Assembly (NCBI RefSeq): GCF_947568905.1
Contig: NC_079167.1
Location: 15,996,001-16,060,000, forward strand
Reading direction: 5' to 3'
Length of the DNA stretch: 64,000 bases
Origin: Ostrea edulis
Taxonomy: Eukaryota
The notes beneath the pieces are model-generated. The model did not search any database. It saw nothing but the letters and a program-made list of their open reading frames with translations, and was not told the origin of the DNA. Of this stretch, positions 12,194 to 25,100 are shown one piece after another. Within the stretch, counting starts at the first letter, position 1; the number at the start of each line of letters is the position of its first letter. Position numbers and translations under genes: made by a program.

Positions 12194-14555
12194 TTGGAGG
12201 AGTATCCCACCCCGGTTCCAGGACATTTCTTGCAAAAACTCCAGCAATAGTTCATATTCTGGCAGTTTCATCAGCAGAGACATCTCGAACTACATGTGGG
12301 CGGTCTTGGGACCTATTCCTTCATTACAAACCATCTACTACCTTACCATTGCAAGTCTCTAGTGTATGAAACTTTATCGGATATTTATTTCAATCCAAGC
12401 TTAGTTTGAGCACTATATCATCACACATCGCTGCTCCGTCATATGTTCATAAATTGTTCAATATGCTAGGTCCTTCACAAGTCGTTGTTGTGGGGAAAAA
12501 ACTTCTGTGTGGTTGTCACAAATTGGCAGGGACTGTGGACTCCAGACTACCGATAACGAAAGATAGTTTAGCAAAACTTATGGCTGCTTTGCTTCATACA
12601 GTTGCATGAAAAGCTAACTGCATATATTGTTAGATGCTGTTTAAACTATGCTTTCATGCATTCTTTCGCCTTGGGGAAGTTGTTTCATAATCTGCAGGAA
12701 GTAGCAGTTTGGTGGTTCAGCGGTCAAAAGTCACTTTTCAATTTGAGGGTTCTTCTCCGAAATGAGTGCAGTTAGTTCTACATCAAATGTGAAAAAACCA
12801 AACAAAAACAACAACAAAAATTCAATCCTTTTGTCATTACACTTGAAAGCAACACAGACCCAGCAATGTGCCCTGTTGCAACGCTGCATCGCTATTTACA
12901 TTCTTTGGGACCCTTACTCCAGTTCGTAGGAAAAAACCCTGTTACATATTCTTATGTCTCCGCTCAACTCTGTGTCGCTGCAACCTTTACTGGTCTGAAT
13001 CCAAACTTGAACAAAGGCCATAGTTTCAGAATAGGTGCTGCTATATATATGCCACAAGTCTAGGTTATTCTGATAATCTTATCAAACAATTAGGCAGATG
13101 CCTTCCATCGCTACATAAGAATACCTGCTCTCAACCTTTAACTTATATCTCTACCCCGATGTTCCGATTTGTTGTTGACTTTATAGTCGGAGCGCATTTA
13201 GGTTCAGTAACAACCTTTGGCAGGTCAGTGTTTAATTGCTGCATAAACTTATGTAATTTGTAAATATTTAATTAATGCAAGTTTTTAGAAGGTTGGTAAC
13301 TGCTGCATTATTTTTCTTTGTAGTTATTTTGTACATGTTTAGAGCAGATCATTGTTTACTGCTTTAAATGGTACATATTTGTTACCTTCTTGTGTATGCA
13401 GGTCATTCTAAAATACTGCCATTCCAATCATCAACTCTAGATAGTCATTATTTAGTGTCATTGTTCTGTTGTACATCTTTGTTGTAGGCAGATAGTTAGC
13501 ATATATTTAGTATTGTTTCTGCAGCACAGTGTTTATCTGCTGCAAAATTCATTACTCAGGTTTAGAAATGTTTACACCTTGCTGTTAGATGTTGTTGTCT
13601 TCAAAAGCTTACTGACTCACAAAGTTAAGCTACCTTTTTATGCATAGATGTGTCAACAAATTTATACCTTCTTATCTACAATATCCTCTGAATTACAAGA
13701 CAAAATAACTGTCATTTTTGGTAACCTTGCTTATATACTGTTCATTTTCATCAGGTCAGTCTATAACTGCTGCTGTGTTTTTAAATAAAAGTTATTTTCA
13801 TTGTTAATTCATCTCTACAACCAAATGATTTGATTCTCTCCACTCACCTCTGTGTATCATATCTTGTGTCCTTATTTGTTCGCCATCTTTTTGCTCTAGG
13901 TTCGTTTTGATGCTTTTGGATTGGTCATCTCATAGCGTAGCATTGTTTTTGTTATTTGTTCTTCTTTGGGGGAAATCAGACTTTGAGTCATTTAGCTTTA
14001 CAGGTACTTTGATGTATTGATGTAGAATTGTATTAGATGATTTCCCCCAGAATCTTCTGTTGAAGATTTCTTTCGTCATCTTTCAATCTCAGTCACTCTT
14101 ATATTTTTGTTCAGATATTAGATGACAGCAAATGATAGTTCATATTTTTGTAATGATAATACCCTGTCTTAATGACGTTAGGGCCAATTACTTACATGTT
14201 TTTTCTTCAAACAATATATCATATCATTGATGCATGTTTTAAAGAAGCTACTCTTGGGTAATCCTGCAGTTTAAAACTTAGCTCGTTGGTTTCAGTAACA
14301 CAGAACGAATGATTATTGTCTTCTGAACAAAGTCTGCTACCTCGAAATATAGTTCGACTTGAATGCGTTTGTGTACAGGGAATTTACAATTTGCTTTCAC
14401 TTAAATGCCTTTCATATGAATAAGGAACATGCATTTTAACTAGAATATTGAAGGAAAATATACACATTTTTATGCACAAATAGAAAAACAGGTGTTGAAA
14501 AGCCGGAAGAGAAATGTAAAAGTGAGGTGGATTCGAACCGTGACAAAAAGGAAAC

Positions 14556-17190
14556 TCAGCATACAGTGACAATGTATAGCTTACTGGGCTACACTAACGT
14601 CAGCATACAGTGACAGTGTATAGCTTACTGGGCTACACTAACCTCGGCATACAGTGACAGTGTATAGCTGACTGAGCTACACTAACCTCAGCATACAGTG
14701 ACAGTGTATAGCTTACTGGGCTACACTAACGTCAGCATACAGTGACAGTGTATAGCTTACTGAGCTACACTAACGTCAGCTTACAGTGACAGTGTGTAGC
14801 TTACTGAGCTACACTATCGTCAGCATACAGTGACAGTGTATAGCTGACTGAGCTACACTAACCTCAGCATACAGTGACAGTGTATAGCTTACTGGACTAC
14901 ACTAACGTCAGCATACAGTGACAGTGTATAGCTTACTGGGCTACACTAAACTCGGCATACAGTGACAGTGTATAGCTGACTGAGCTACACTAACTTCAGC
15001 ATACAGTGACAGTGTATAGCTTACTGAGCTACACTAACGTCAGCATACAGTGACAGTGTATAGCTTACTGAGTTACAATAACCTCAGCATACAGTGACAG
15101 TGTATAGCTTACTGAGCTACACTAACGTCAGCATACAGTGACAGCGGTGTAGCTTACTGAGCTACACTAACCTCAGCATACAGTGACAGTGTATAGCTTA
15201 CTGAGCAACACTAACCTTAGCATACAGTGACAGTGTATAGCTGACTGAGCTACACTAACCTCAGCATACAATGACAGTGTATAGCTTACTGAGCTACACT
15301 AACCTCAGCATACAATGACAGTGTATAGCTGACTGAGCTACACTAACCTTAGCATACAGTGACAGTGTATAGCTTACTGAGCTACACTAACCTTAGCATA
15401 CAGTGACAGTGTATAGCTGACTGAGCCACACTAACCTCAGCATACAATGACAGTGTATAGCTGACTGAGCTACACTAACCTTAGCATACAGTGACAGTGT
15501 ATAGCTTACTGAGTTACACTAAACTCAGCATACAGTGACAGTGTATAGCTTACTGGGCTACACTAACGTCATCATACAGTGACAGTGTATAGCTTACTGA
15601 GCTACACTAACGTCATCATACAGTGACAGTGTATAGCTTACTGAGCTACACTAACCTTAGCATACAGTGACAGTGTATAGCTTACTGAGCTACACTAACC
15701 TTAGCATACAGTGACAGTGTATAGCTGACTGAGCTACACTAACCTCAGCATACAATGACAGTGTATAGCTGACTGAGCTACACTAACCTTAGCATACAGT
15801 GACAGTGTATAGCTTACTGAGCTACACTAAACTCAGCATACAGTGACAGTGTATAGCTTACTGGGCTACACTAACGTCATCATACAGTGACAGTAGTGTA
15901 GCTTACTGATCTACACTAACCTCAGCATACAGTGACAGTGTATAGCTTACTGAGCTACACTAACGTCAGCATACAGTGACAGTGTATAGCTTACTGAGCT
16001 ACACTAACCTCAGCATACAGTGACAGTGGTGTAGCTTACTGAGCTACACTAACCTCAGCATACAGTGACAGTGGTGTAGCTTACTGAGCTACACTTACCT
16101 CAGCATACAGTGACAGTGTATAGCTTACTGAGCTACACTAACCTCAGTATACAGTGATAGTGTATAGCTTACTGGACTACACTAACGTCAACATACAGTG
16201 ACAGTGGTTAAGCTTACTGGGCTACACTAACCTCGGCATACAGTGACAGTGGTTTAGCTTACTGGACTACACTTACCTCGACATACATTGACAGTAGTTT
16301 AGCTTACTGTGCTACACTAACCTCGGCATACAGTGACAGTGTATAGCTTACTGGGCTACACTAACGTCAGCATACAATGACAGTGTATAGCTGACTGAGC
16401 TACACTAACGTCAGCATACAATGACAGTGTATAGCTTACTGAGCTACACTAACCTCAGCATACAGTGACAGTGTATAGCTTACTGAGCTACACTAACCTC
16501 AGCATACAGTGACAGTGTGTAGCTTACTGAGCTACACTAACCTCGGCATACAGTGACAGTGGTGTACCTTACTGGGCTACACTAACCTCGGCATACAGTA
16601 ACAGTGTATAGCTTACTGAGCTACACTAACCTCAGCATACAGTGACAGTGTGTAGCTTGCTGGGCTACACTAACCTCGGCATACAATGACAGTGTATAGC
16701 TTACTGAGCTACACTAACGTCAGCATACAGTGACAGTGTATAGCTTAATGGGCTACACTAACCTCGGCATACAGTGACAGTGTATAGCTTACTGAGCTAC
16801 ACTAACGTCAGCATACAGTAACAGCGTATAGCTTACTGAGCTACACTAACCTCAGCATACAGTGACAGTGTATAGCTTACTGAGCTACACTAACGTCAGC
16901 ATACAGTAACAGTGTATAGCTTACTGAGCTACACTAACCTCAGCATACAGTGATAGTGTATAGCTTACTGGACTACACTAACGTCAGCATACAGTGACAG
17001 TGTATAGCTTACTGAGCTACACTAACCTCAGCATACAGTGACAGTGGTGTAGCTTACTGAGCTACACTAACGTCAGCATACAGTGACAGTGTATAGCTTA
17101 CTGAGCTACACTAACCTCGACATACAGTGACAGTGTATAGCTTACTGGGCTACACTAACCTCAGCATACAGTGACAGTGGTGTAGCTTAC
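14556..17190. repeat. 44-bp minisatellite, ~60 copies (cagcatacagtgacagtgtatagcttactgagctacactaacct)
   Basis: The period of 44 was measured between ttactg at 14581 and 14625. The units are near-identical with recurring point variants. Confidence 0.97.
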
Positions 17191-17511
17191 TTTGTCTCTT
17201 AGAATGCCCATTGTACCAGCAACTCAGGACCAGGTATCTTTTAAATCTAACATAATTGTGTAATATTAACACAAACACTCTGCTCTTTGGAAATTCACAC
17301 TTATCGGTATCTGAAAACATATCTTTATTTCAATCAGTAGATAAATCTATTATTCAAAGTAATAGATTTGCTGTACCCTATAAAACCTGATATATCAGTA
17401 ATACTTACTCTTGTATTCTAATATTTGCCTTATATATATGTTCTAAATGATTTTGAAATATTCACACAACCCCATTACACATTATCATCACCATTGTTTT
17501 ATCATTATTTT

Positions 17512-17891
17512 CAGTGGCGGATTTAAGGGGGGGGGGGGCGCAGATTTAAGGTAAATCGTGGTATCTTGTTTAGAAAAATGTACTAAACGATAAAAGAAGC
17601 AATAATTTCTTCGACTCCCGTCGAAATAAATGACAAAATCTTTTGATTTCTTGAATTACTTTATTGGGAGAAAATTTCCGTCATTTTAATAATTTCACCC
17701 TATCAAAAATGATAGAAAATAGTACAAATGACTAAATAGGAGACATATTTCAAGCCCTATAATATTTGTAAAATCCAGAAGCCCCCACCAAGGCTTTGCC
17801 CTGGACCCACTAGGGGGCCTCAAGGCGGCCCCCAGACCCCTGTCTCATAAAGTGACGCCCACCGTAACCGCAATTCCTGGATCCGCCCCTG
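17512..17891. mobile_element. MITE / non-autonomous DNA transposon with CAGTGGCGGAT...ATCCGCCCCTG termini
   Basis: Imperfect 11-bp TIRs; atttt is present on both flanks as a possible TSD. Confidence 0.7.
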
Positions 17892-19100
17892 ATTTTGTAT
17901 GTACATGTAAATGACGAATCGCATAAATATGTTTATGCCATAACCATAATACGATTCTGATTTATCAATGTAAAATAGGAGACGGATTTATATAAGTGCT
18001 AGCACTTGTTTCCGAATCCTATTTCATTTTATACCTGTTTGTATGTTTCATGCAATGTTTCATTTAATAAATATAGTTTAAACCAAACCAGGAATATAGC
18101 CACTTTCTTCCTCATCTGACTAAAGTACACATCNNNNNNNNNNNNNNNNNNNNNNNNNNNNNNNNNNNNNNNNNNNNNNNNNNNNNNNNNNNNNNNNNNN
18201 NNNNNNNNNNNNNNNNNNNNNNNNNNNNNNNNNNNNNNNNNNNNNNNNNNNNNNNNNNNNNNNNNNNNNNNNNNNNNNNNNNNNNNNNNNNNNNNNNNNN
18301 NNNNNNNNNNNNNNNNNNNNNNNNNNNNNNNNNNNNNNNNNNNNNNTAGTATAATAAAAATATCACAAGCCGATTAAGTATAATATAGGTCTGTACTTTA
18401 GTCAGATTGCCTTCTCCCGAATAGAAATTACAAATCGCAAAGTTTTCTGTTGTAGTTTCCTGAATAGAAAATACAGATCGCAAAATTCCCTGAAGCAAAC
18501 GATGTACTGAAACGACTCAGTGAATGAAATTTCGCTAAATCATGACGTCATGGACACAAATTACAGTTAATTAAGTGATGCATTTGTGGTTTTCGATTAA
18601 TGTTGCTGATCAAGAAAGGCTCGTAGACTGTTCGTCTGTTAATGTTGTCGAAAGCAGTGAGTCAATTTCAACGAAACCACGATTGGGTGCACCTACATCC
18701 AAAGAGGAAAATGTTTCTCCCCCCCCACCCCACCCCCCGGAAAACAATTTCTGTTTCCTGCGTTTCTCAATACACTCTTCTTCAACTTTCTTACACAACT
18801 TGAATAAAAACGTAAAGTTCTTCTTTTGCATTACAGACTTAATTAAGTTTTTTAAGAAAGGAAGAAGAAAAACCGTAAAAAGATCGTTCAAAATATGACC
18901 AGGGAAACACAATGGAGGACGTCAAAATTATTCAGTGCATGATAAATCGATAATGACTCAATTCATTTTAAATATTACTTGTCAGCTAGCCAAGACTGAT
19001 AATACAAACAGGATAAAATAGGGTTCTTCGAAACGGGTAAAAAGAAAGTATCATACTTTATTACATGGTGTAACAAATTACACCCAATGTGATCAAGAAA

Positions 19101-22100
19101 ATGCCGGGGAAGAGGAAAAGAGGGGTTAAAAACCCTTTCCGACATACTAGTAGTAAGTGGTGCCCAGAATTTTGCACAGCATCAAATTAAGCTACATGTA
19201 ACACTCGGTCAAACTTTATTCAGTTGGACTAGTTCTGAAGTACTAAACTTATATCGTATGTTATACTGTTGAGGTCAAAGGAATTATCTGTCTCTCTAGG
19301 AAAAACAAGGCTACGAATGTTAAAATGAATATGTAGATATTTGAAGTACCATAGATTCAAGAATGTTTGTTTTGAACAATTGTATTTTATTCAATTTGAT
19401 TAAATCAAAAGGACTGGGTACAAGTTCTAACAACTTACTAGTCCCTTTCAAAAGATATTACAATTTATCAGGCAAGATAATAATTAAAAGGTAAAAAAAA
19501 GTTTGTTCATATGCGAAATCATAAAAAACAAATGTACAACTACCGTTTTACATGTACCACAGGTGACTGAACCCCCTTCAAACCTCTGGATTGTTTTGAG
19601 TTCTTTTGGGGGTGTCATAATAAATTATTTAAAAAAAAAAATTTAAACACGTTTTACAGAAATACTATTTATAAAAAATAAATCAAACAACCCACTGAGG
19701 TTTAATGGAGAGGAGGACCAGTATCCAAGCACCTGTGTATTTAACGTCGATATCTTATAAACAGTTAGTCATAATGCTTTATCTTATACCGTGGTAAGGA
19801 GTCTCGTTGTTAAGGTCGATCTGCCTGGGTAGATGTTCAAAATACATTATTTTACACTGAAATAGATCTATATCGGATATAGAAATGTCATTGTATGTTT
19901 GGGACAGTCTAGCATGGTGTACCTGAAGGTACACAAGTAATTCGGGGGGGGGGGGGGTAATGGGGCCTTTAAACGGGGTTCAAAGTTTTTGAGATTGTTT
20001 CTCACTGGGAGTATGTCGCGAGGGTGAGGTTCTGGTCTTCCAGTGATATGATTATAAAGAACTGAAATTATCATCGTGAAAAAAAAACAAGGCTGACCCC
20101 GAGACATGATTTTCAAATGAAGAGCTAAGTACAAATACATGTCCGAGGTTTTTTATTGGTTTTTTTTTTCACGGAGATGCACTATGTAAGGTTATATAAT
20201 GCAAGCCTTTTTTGGCCCCCATTAACTACACCCCCACCACCAAGCTTTAAAGAAACTAACTTTTAGTTCATAAAGAGAACCATGTTCATTATAGTTCCAC
20301 GGTATTATATTGTTTGTTTCTTACTAATATTTATGATGTCATTATTCTGAATTCAGATCAAAATAAGAATTTTAGCATCTAGATTCTTGCACAAACAATA
20401 TGTAATTTGGAAGGAAAAGCATGACAATGATTGGGAGGGGGAGGGGTGTGGTGTTCTCCTCAAAGTTGAGACGATTACAAAATTGTTTGTCATAAATATT
20501 AATCAGAAAGTGTTAATCAGCATTTTTCATCTTTAAAATAAATATACAAGGCTGTGAGTAGTCTTCAAAAGAAAAGAACAAACCTTTAACCTTTGCTAGG
20601 TTTTATAGAGATCTACTTATCAGTGTGCCAATATGAAACACGTCAGAAAACGTCAGACAAAGCTCGCCTTTCTTTGGTACCAAGATTTTTGACCTTGGTC
20701 TTTGACCTACTGTTCAAAAACTTCAAGGTAGATCGATCCTCGTGTGCTGTCATAGCTTTTTGTAAAAATCTTTATTAAATAAACTTCGCGCATGATAGAA
20801 ACAAATCTTCCAGAGGAATGTTATTCATTGGATAAAACAAAAATTCTGGCAAACTATTGATAGTGAAAAAGTTTATATTTTCCATAGATAATTAAAAAGA
20901 TATTATCAAAGGCAATAACTCCTATGCTGGTATTTCCTCTACACTATGTCTATTATACAATATTTTCCCTAATATCCACAATTAATTTATATACATATCT
21001 ATAAATAAGCAGTTTTTCTAAACCGTTGATATTAAGAATTTGTCATTTTAACAATGTTTTATCAATTCTTATTATTCTGTTTTACTAAAATGTCTGATTT
21101 TCCTATGTTGATCTACATGTATACTTCTGTTTCTGACATCTTAAAAAAGGTGGCAACATACATATTTTCTTTCATAATTAATCAAATTAAACTATATTGA
21201 GTGGAACTTTATACAGTTTTCCACTTTCAACCATTAATATTGATAAGTCATATGTTCTGCGTATGATCAGTTTTTAAATCGAAGAAGGCTACTGACAAAG
21301 AAGCTGATGGTGCAGGGTTTCAACAGTCTCGTTTAAAGTCAGCATTTCGCAAATTCTATGATCGTTCTAACAATCTAGTTTGCCAATACAACTTATCATT
21401 GGTTCAAATGTTGTCTGACGTGTTTCATATTGGCACATTGATTTTGACTACGGATAACTCCGTTTACCTGATCAAAATATAGGCTCACGGCAGGTGTGAC
21501 CAGTCTACAGGAGATGCTTACTCCTCCTAGGCACCTGATCCCATCTCTAGTATAGCCAGGGGTCCGTGTTTGCCCAGCTCTCTATTTTGTATTGCTTATA
21601 GGAGTTATGAGATTGATCACTGTTCGTTATCTTCACCTTTCATGAGGATGGAGCTACCTTAACCTTGGCTGTATCTTTTGAACCAAGGGAGATAGGGTAC
21701 TGATATTCCACATGTAAATTTCTCATGACCAGGCCTTTCATTTGGTACCAAGACTCCTAGCTGAATCCATCGTCGGATACCCACGGTCGGTCGCACTCAG
21801 TTTACCTCCCATGGGACACAACGCCGATATTTTCGCATAACTCATTAAAATGCATGACTTTACGTGACCTATCGAGGACCAATGGGAATTGCCGTAAATA
21901 TTACTGGAACTCAAAGTATCAGCAGTAATGGCGGCGCCTATAAAAATGTGTTTGTGTGTTTTGTTGTGTACCACTGTCAAAGATATATATAAAAATCCAG
22001 ATTTGGCACCCCAAAATGGTTGATTATTCAAATTACTGATACATAGTATCTCTACATACCCATATGTACATCACTAATTTAAAAGTACAACCTATAGGAA

Positions 22101-25100
22101 GTTTTCAATTTTAGGAGATAAAATATTGCGCCATGGAAAACATCATATGAATGGATTGATTGATTGATTGTTTCGATGTTTTCCGCCACACTCAACAATT
22201 TTTCAGTTATCTGGTGGCGCCCAGTTTTTTATTGATGGAAGAGAGAACCCAGTTACAATGTACCTCGGAAGAGACCACCGACCTTCCGAAAGTAAACTGG
22301 GAAACTTTCTCACTTACCGACGCGAGCGGGATGCCGGTAAGTGAGAAAGTTTCCCAGTTTACTTTCGTAAGTTTGGTGGTCTCTTCCCAGCGACCTTCCG
22401 AAAGTAAACTGGGATTTTATTTTATGGAATTTACATACTTATACGGTAAGTAATGCAGCACTGATAGTGATACAGAGTTGGTTTAATAGTCAACTAACTT
22501 ATTTGAGTCGAACAGCAGTGTCACCTAATTAATTGCTAGAACCGATCAAAGCTGAAAGTAAATTTCCAGACATGAATTATGAAGGACTGCTCCTAGATTC
22601 GGTGAAGGTGTCAGTCCAAATATTCTGCCGAGCCGAATTTCAACCGAGATTAATTTTCCTCAAATTTAGAAAGCCTTATATAGAGCAAAAATCCAGTGAC
22701 CTTAGCAGTATACTTAGTAAAGTACTAAAGATTATACATGTATTTTGTATTCGGGATATCATGTGAACAAATTTCCATAAACGTAAAACACAACCCTATA
22801 ACATTTCCGATATCAATGTTAAAACAGTTGTTAAAAAAGCAAACTATTCTTCTCAGCAGATACTAATCGGTATCCAGGTCCAATCAAGGGTGCACGGGGA
22901 TTTACTCCGGGCTGCAGTACTCCATAAACCCTGAGGCCGAATGGTGCATGGAATGCAACCCAGAGTAAATGTCTGTACACCATTGATTGTGTCTGGATTA
23001 CGAATTCATTTACTATGTAAGCAAATAAATTTTGTCATCCAGGTCCATTCATGTGTGGTTGACAAATAATACTATCTATTTCCCTGATTTAAAATAGGAT
23101 AATATGTGAGGTATTCTTCGTATTGTACAAGGTGCTTCAAAATAAGCAAAAAGCCAACATCTCTAATCAAGAATCATGAAATCTGCGAAATTCACGATTA
23201 AAGAGATGATGCATTCTGACGTTACAATATTTACACCCCCCCCCCCCGGCTTGAAAAGGATGTATCAAAATTTACTCTTGGTTTGTTAACCAATCAAAAC
23301 TCGTATTACAAGTCACATAGAGAATAAATGTCTCAACTCTTCATACACGACAAAACGTTGGTAGGTTTGAAATCGTGAAATCTCTTTCATAACCTCCACT
23401 TATACATGTACGTAACAAGACGATAATTTTTCTGGTTTTTAGATAGTTGTACAGTAGGATTTGGTTCAAGCCATTCAATGTCTCAGGCGTCTTCACGATG
23501 TAGTTTGCACTGGGAATCGATCTCTGGAGATGAAAACTATAATAGCACTTTCGCCGACTCCGATTCTGAAACAGATCCCGAAAATGAATTTGCTACTTCT
23601 AGATATGAAAAAAGTTGCCAGCTTTATGCTAGTAATGAGGGAAAACGTAGGATTTTGCGGCAAGACATCATGCAGTATGGACTTGAGCTTTCAAATGCAG
23701 ATGACTTCAAAGAAAAGGAAGATAAAAAACCGTTTTATGATGAAATGTTTCCAGTAGACAGCTTAGAAAAGAAATTGAAATCCAATCCACATCAGTATAA
23801 GCGCTGCAGGTTTAATGTTATGAATTCCCATGAATCTGTATGCAAGATTCTCGACCAGCCCGACATAGATGACCTAGAGGAAATTAAAATATCAGGGAGA
23901 TCTAAAGCTGGAAAAGCGTTTGATGGCGACATTGTTCTTGTGGAAGTATACAGTTATAGAAAGTACGGACAGGAATTTATTGGTCGGTATCAGCGGGACA
24001 TTAATAGAAACAACAAATTGCGCAAGATTTATGGCAAAGTAATCGGCATCTTTGAAAGGAAGAGAGCAAAAGACATAACGCACCCGGTTTTTGTCTGTGT
24101 TTTGGACGAAACCTCGAACTTTCTTATGAGACCAGTATGTAAAACTATTCCAAAGCTAAACATTCTCCACAATTTCAAAGATCCAAACGTCATTCTTGTC
24201 CATAAGTACGACCCACAATCTTCCTGTATCAAATTTCAGTATCAATTCAAGATTGATTTGAAAAATATCAGGAACTTCACTTTCCTAGTCGTTTTTCTCA
24301 GATGGACCGATTGTCACCCTTATCCATTAGCTGCAGTCATCAAAGTCGTTAAAATCGAAGAAAGTCGATCATCTGCACTTCAAAATCTTCTACTTCAACA
24401 CCAAGTGCCAAAATACTACCAGGAAGATACTGTCACGGAGACTGAAAGAAAAGTTCAGGAATTTGACCCAGAGGAAGTAAAACGCGACAGAGATAGGGAA
24501 GACTTGACAGCTCTGCAAGTGTTCACCATTGATCCTAGAAATTCGAAAGATCTCGACGATGCATTAAGCATTGAAAAAGTAGGTGAAAACTATCGTATAG
24601 GTGTTCATATTGCGGACGTAGGCGCTGTCATCAGTAAAGGTGATGCGATGGATTTGGAGGCTCAGAATAGAGTCTGTACATTTTACCCTGGAGGAGACAT
24701 CAACCCCTACCACATGTTTCCTGAACCATTCAGCACCGATATATGCAGCTTGCTTCCGGGCGTTCCTAGACCAGCAATTACGGTTTTCTTTACAATGAAC
24801 AAACGAGGGATAATGGTGAAAAATTTTGAAGTAAAGAAAACTGTCGTTAAGTCTTCACAACAATTCACATATGAAGAAGTGCAGAAGATTATAGAGAATG
24901 ATACCCCCAGTGAAAAATTGCATAACGACGTTTTATTGCTGTTCAAATTAGCAATGATGATCCGAATCGCACGAATACAAACAGCTATATTTTCTCTACC
25001 AATTGAAGGTAAGCTGAATGAAACGAAGACATCCTTATCGAGTTCCAGAGAAGCACACTATCTTGTTGAAGAATTCATGATTTTAGCTAATGTAGCTGTT

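Larger units (their letters stand above)
7680..13810 (+). mobile_element. Decayed DIRS/Ngaro-type tyrosine-recombinase retrotransposon (gag relic ~7900-8900, start of pol ~8920-9106, YR relic 12195-13130), interrupted by a PLE cassette
   Basis: Gag-type WRAYDEK (8616) and CFAYNRG*RC..CKYAHIC..C...HPKSKC (8771-8870). YR motifs DSRLPIT, AFFRLGEV, CPV, GHSFRIGAA (~13015-13042) and AFHRYIR (~13100-13120). It carries stops and frameshifts, most of RT/RNase H is missing, and the outer limits are approximate. Confidence 0.8.

Noticed and set aside
7680-13810. An intact, active retrotransposon
   Set aside because: Both the DIRS and the PLE reading frames carry multiple stops and frameshifts and lack major domains.
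14556-17190. 44-bp array as a CRISPR array or coding repeat
   Set aside because: The units are contiguous with no unique spacers, there are no cas genes, the context is eukaryotic, and stop codons leave no long ORF.
22533-22766. ORF as an extra 5' exon of paralog B
   Set aside because: It has no counterpart in paralog C and no recognisable domain, and 19152 splices in frame to 23443 without it.
23461-24946. Alternative-frame and antisense ORFs overlapping the giant exons (also 50014-51912)
   Set aside because: They are short, motif-less shadows of the real coding frame.
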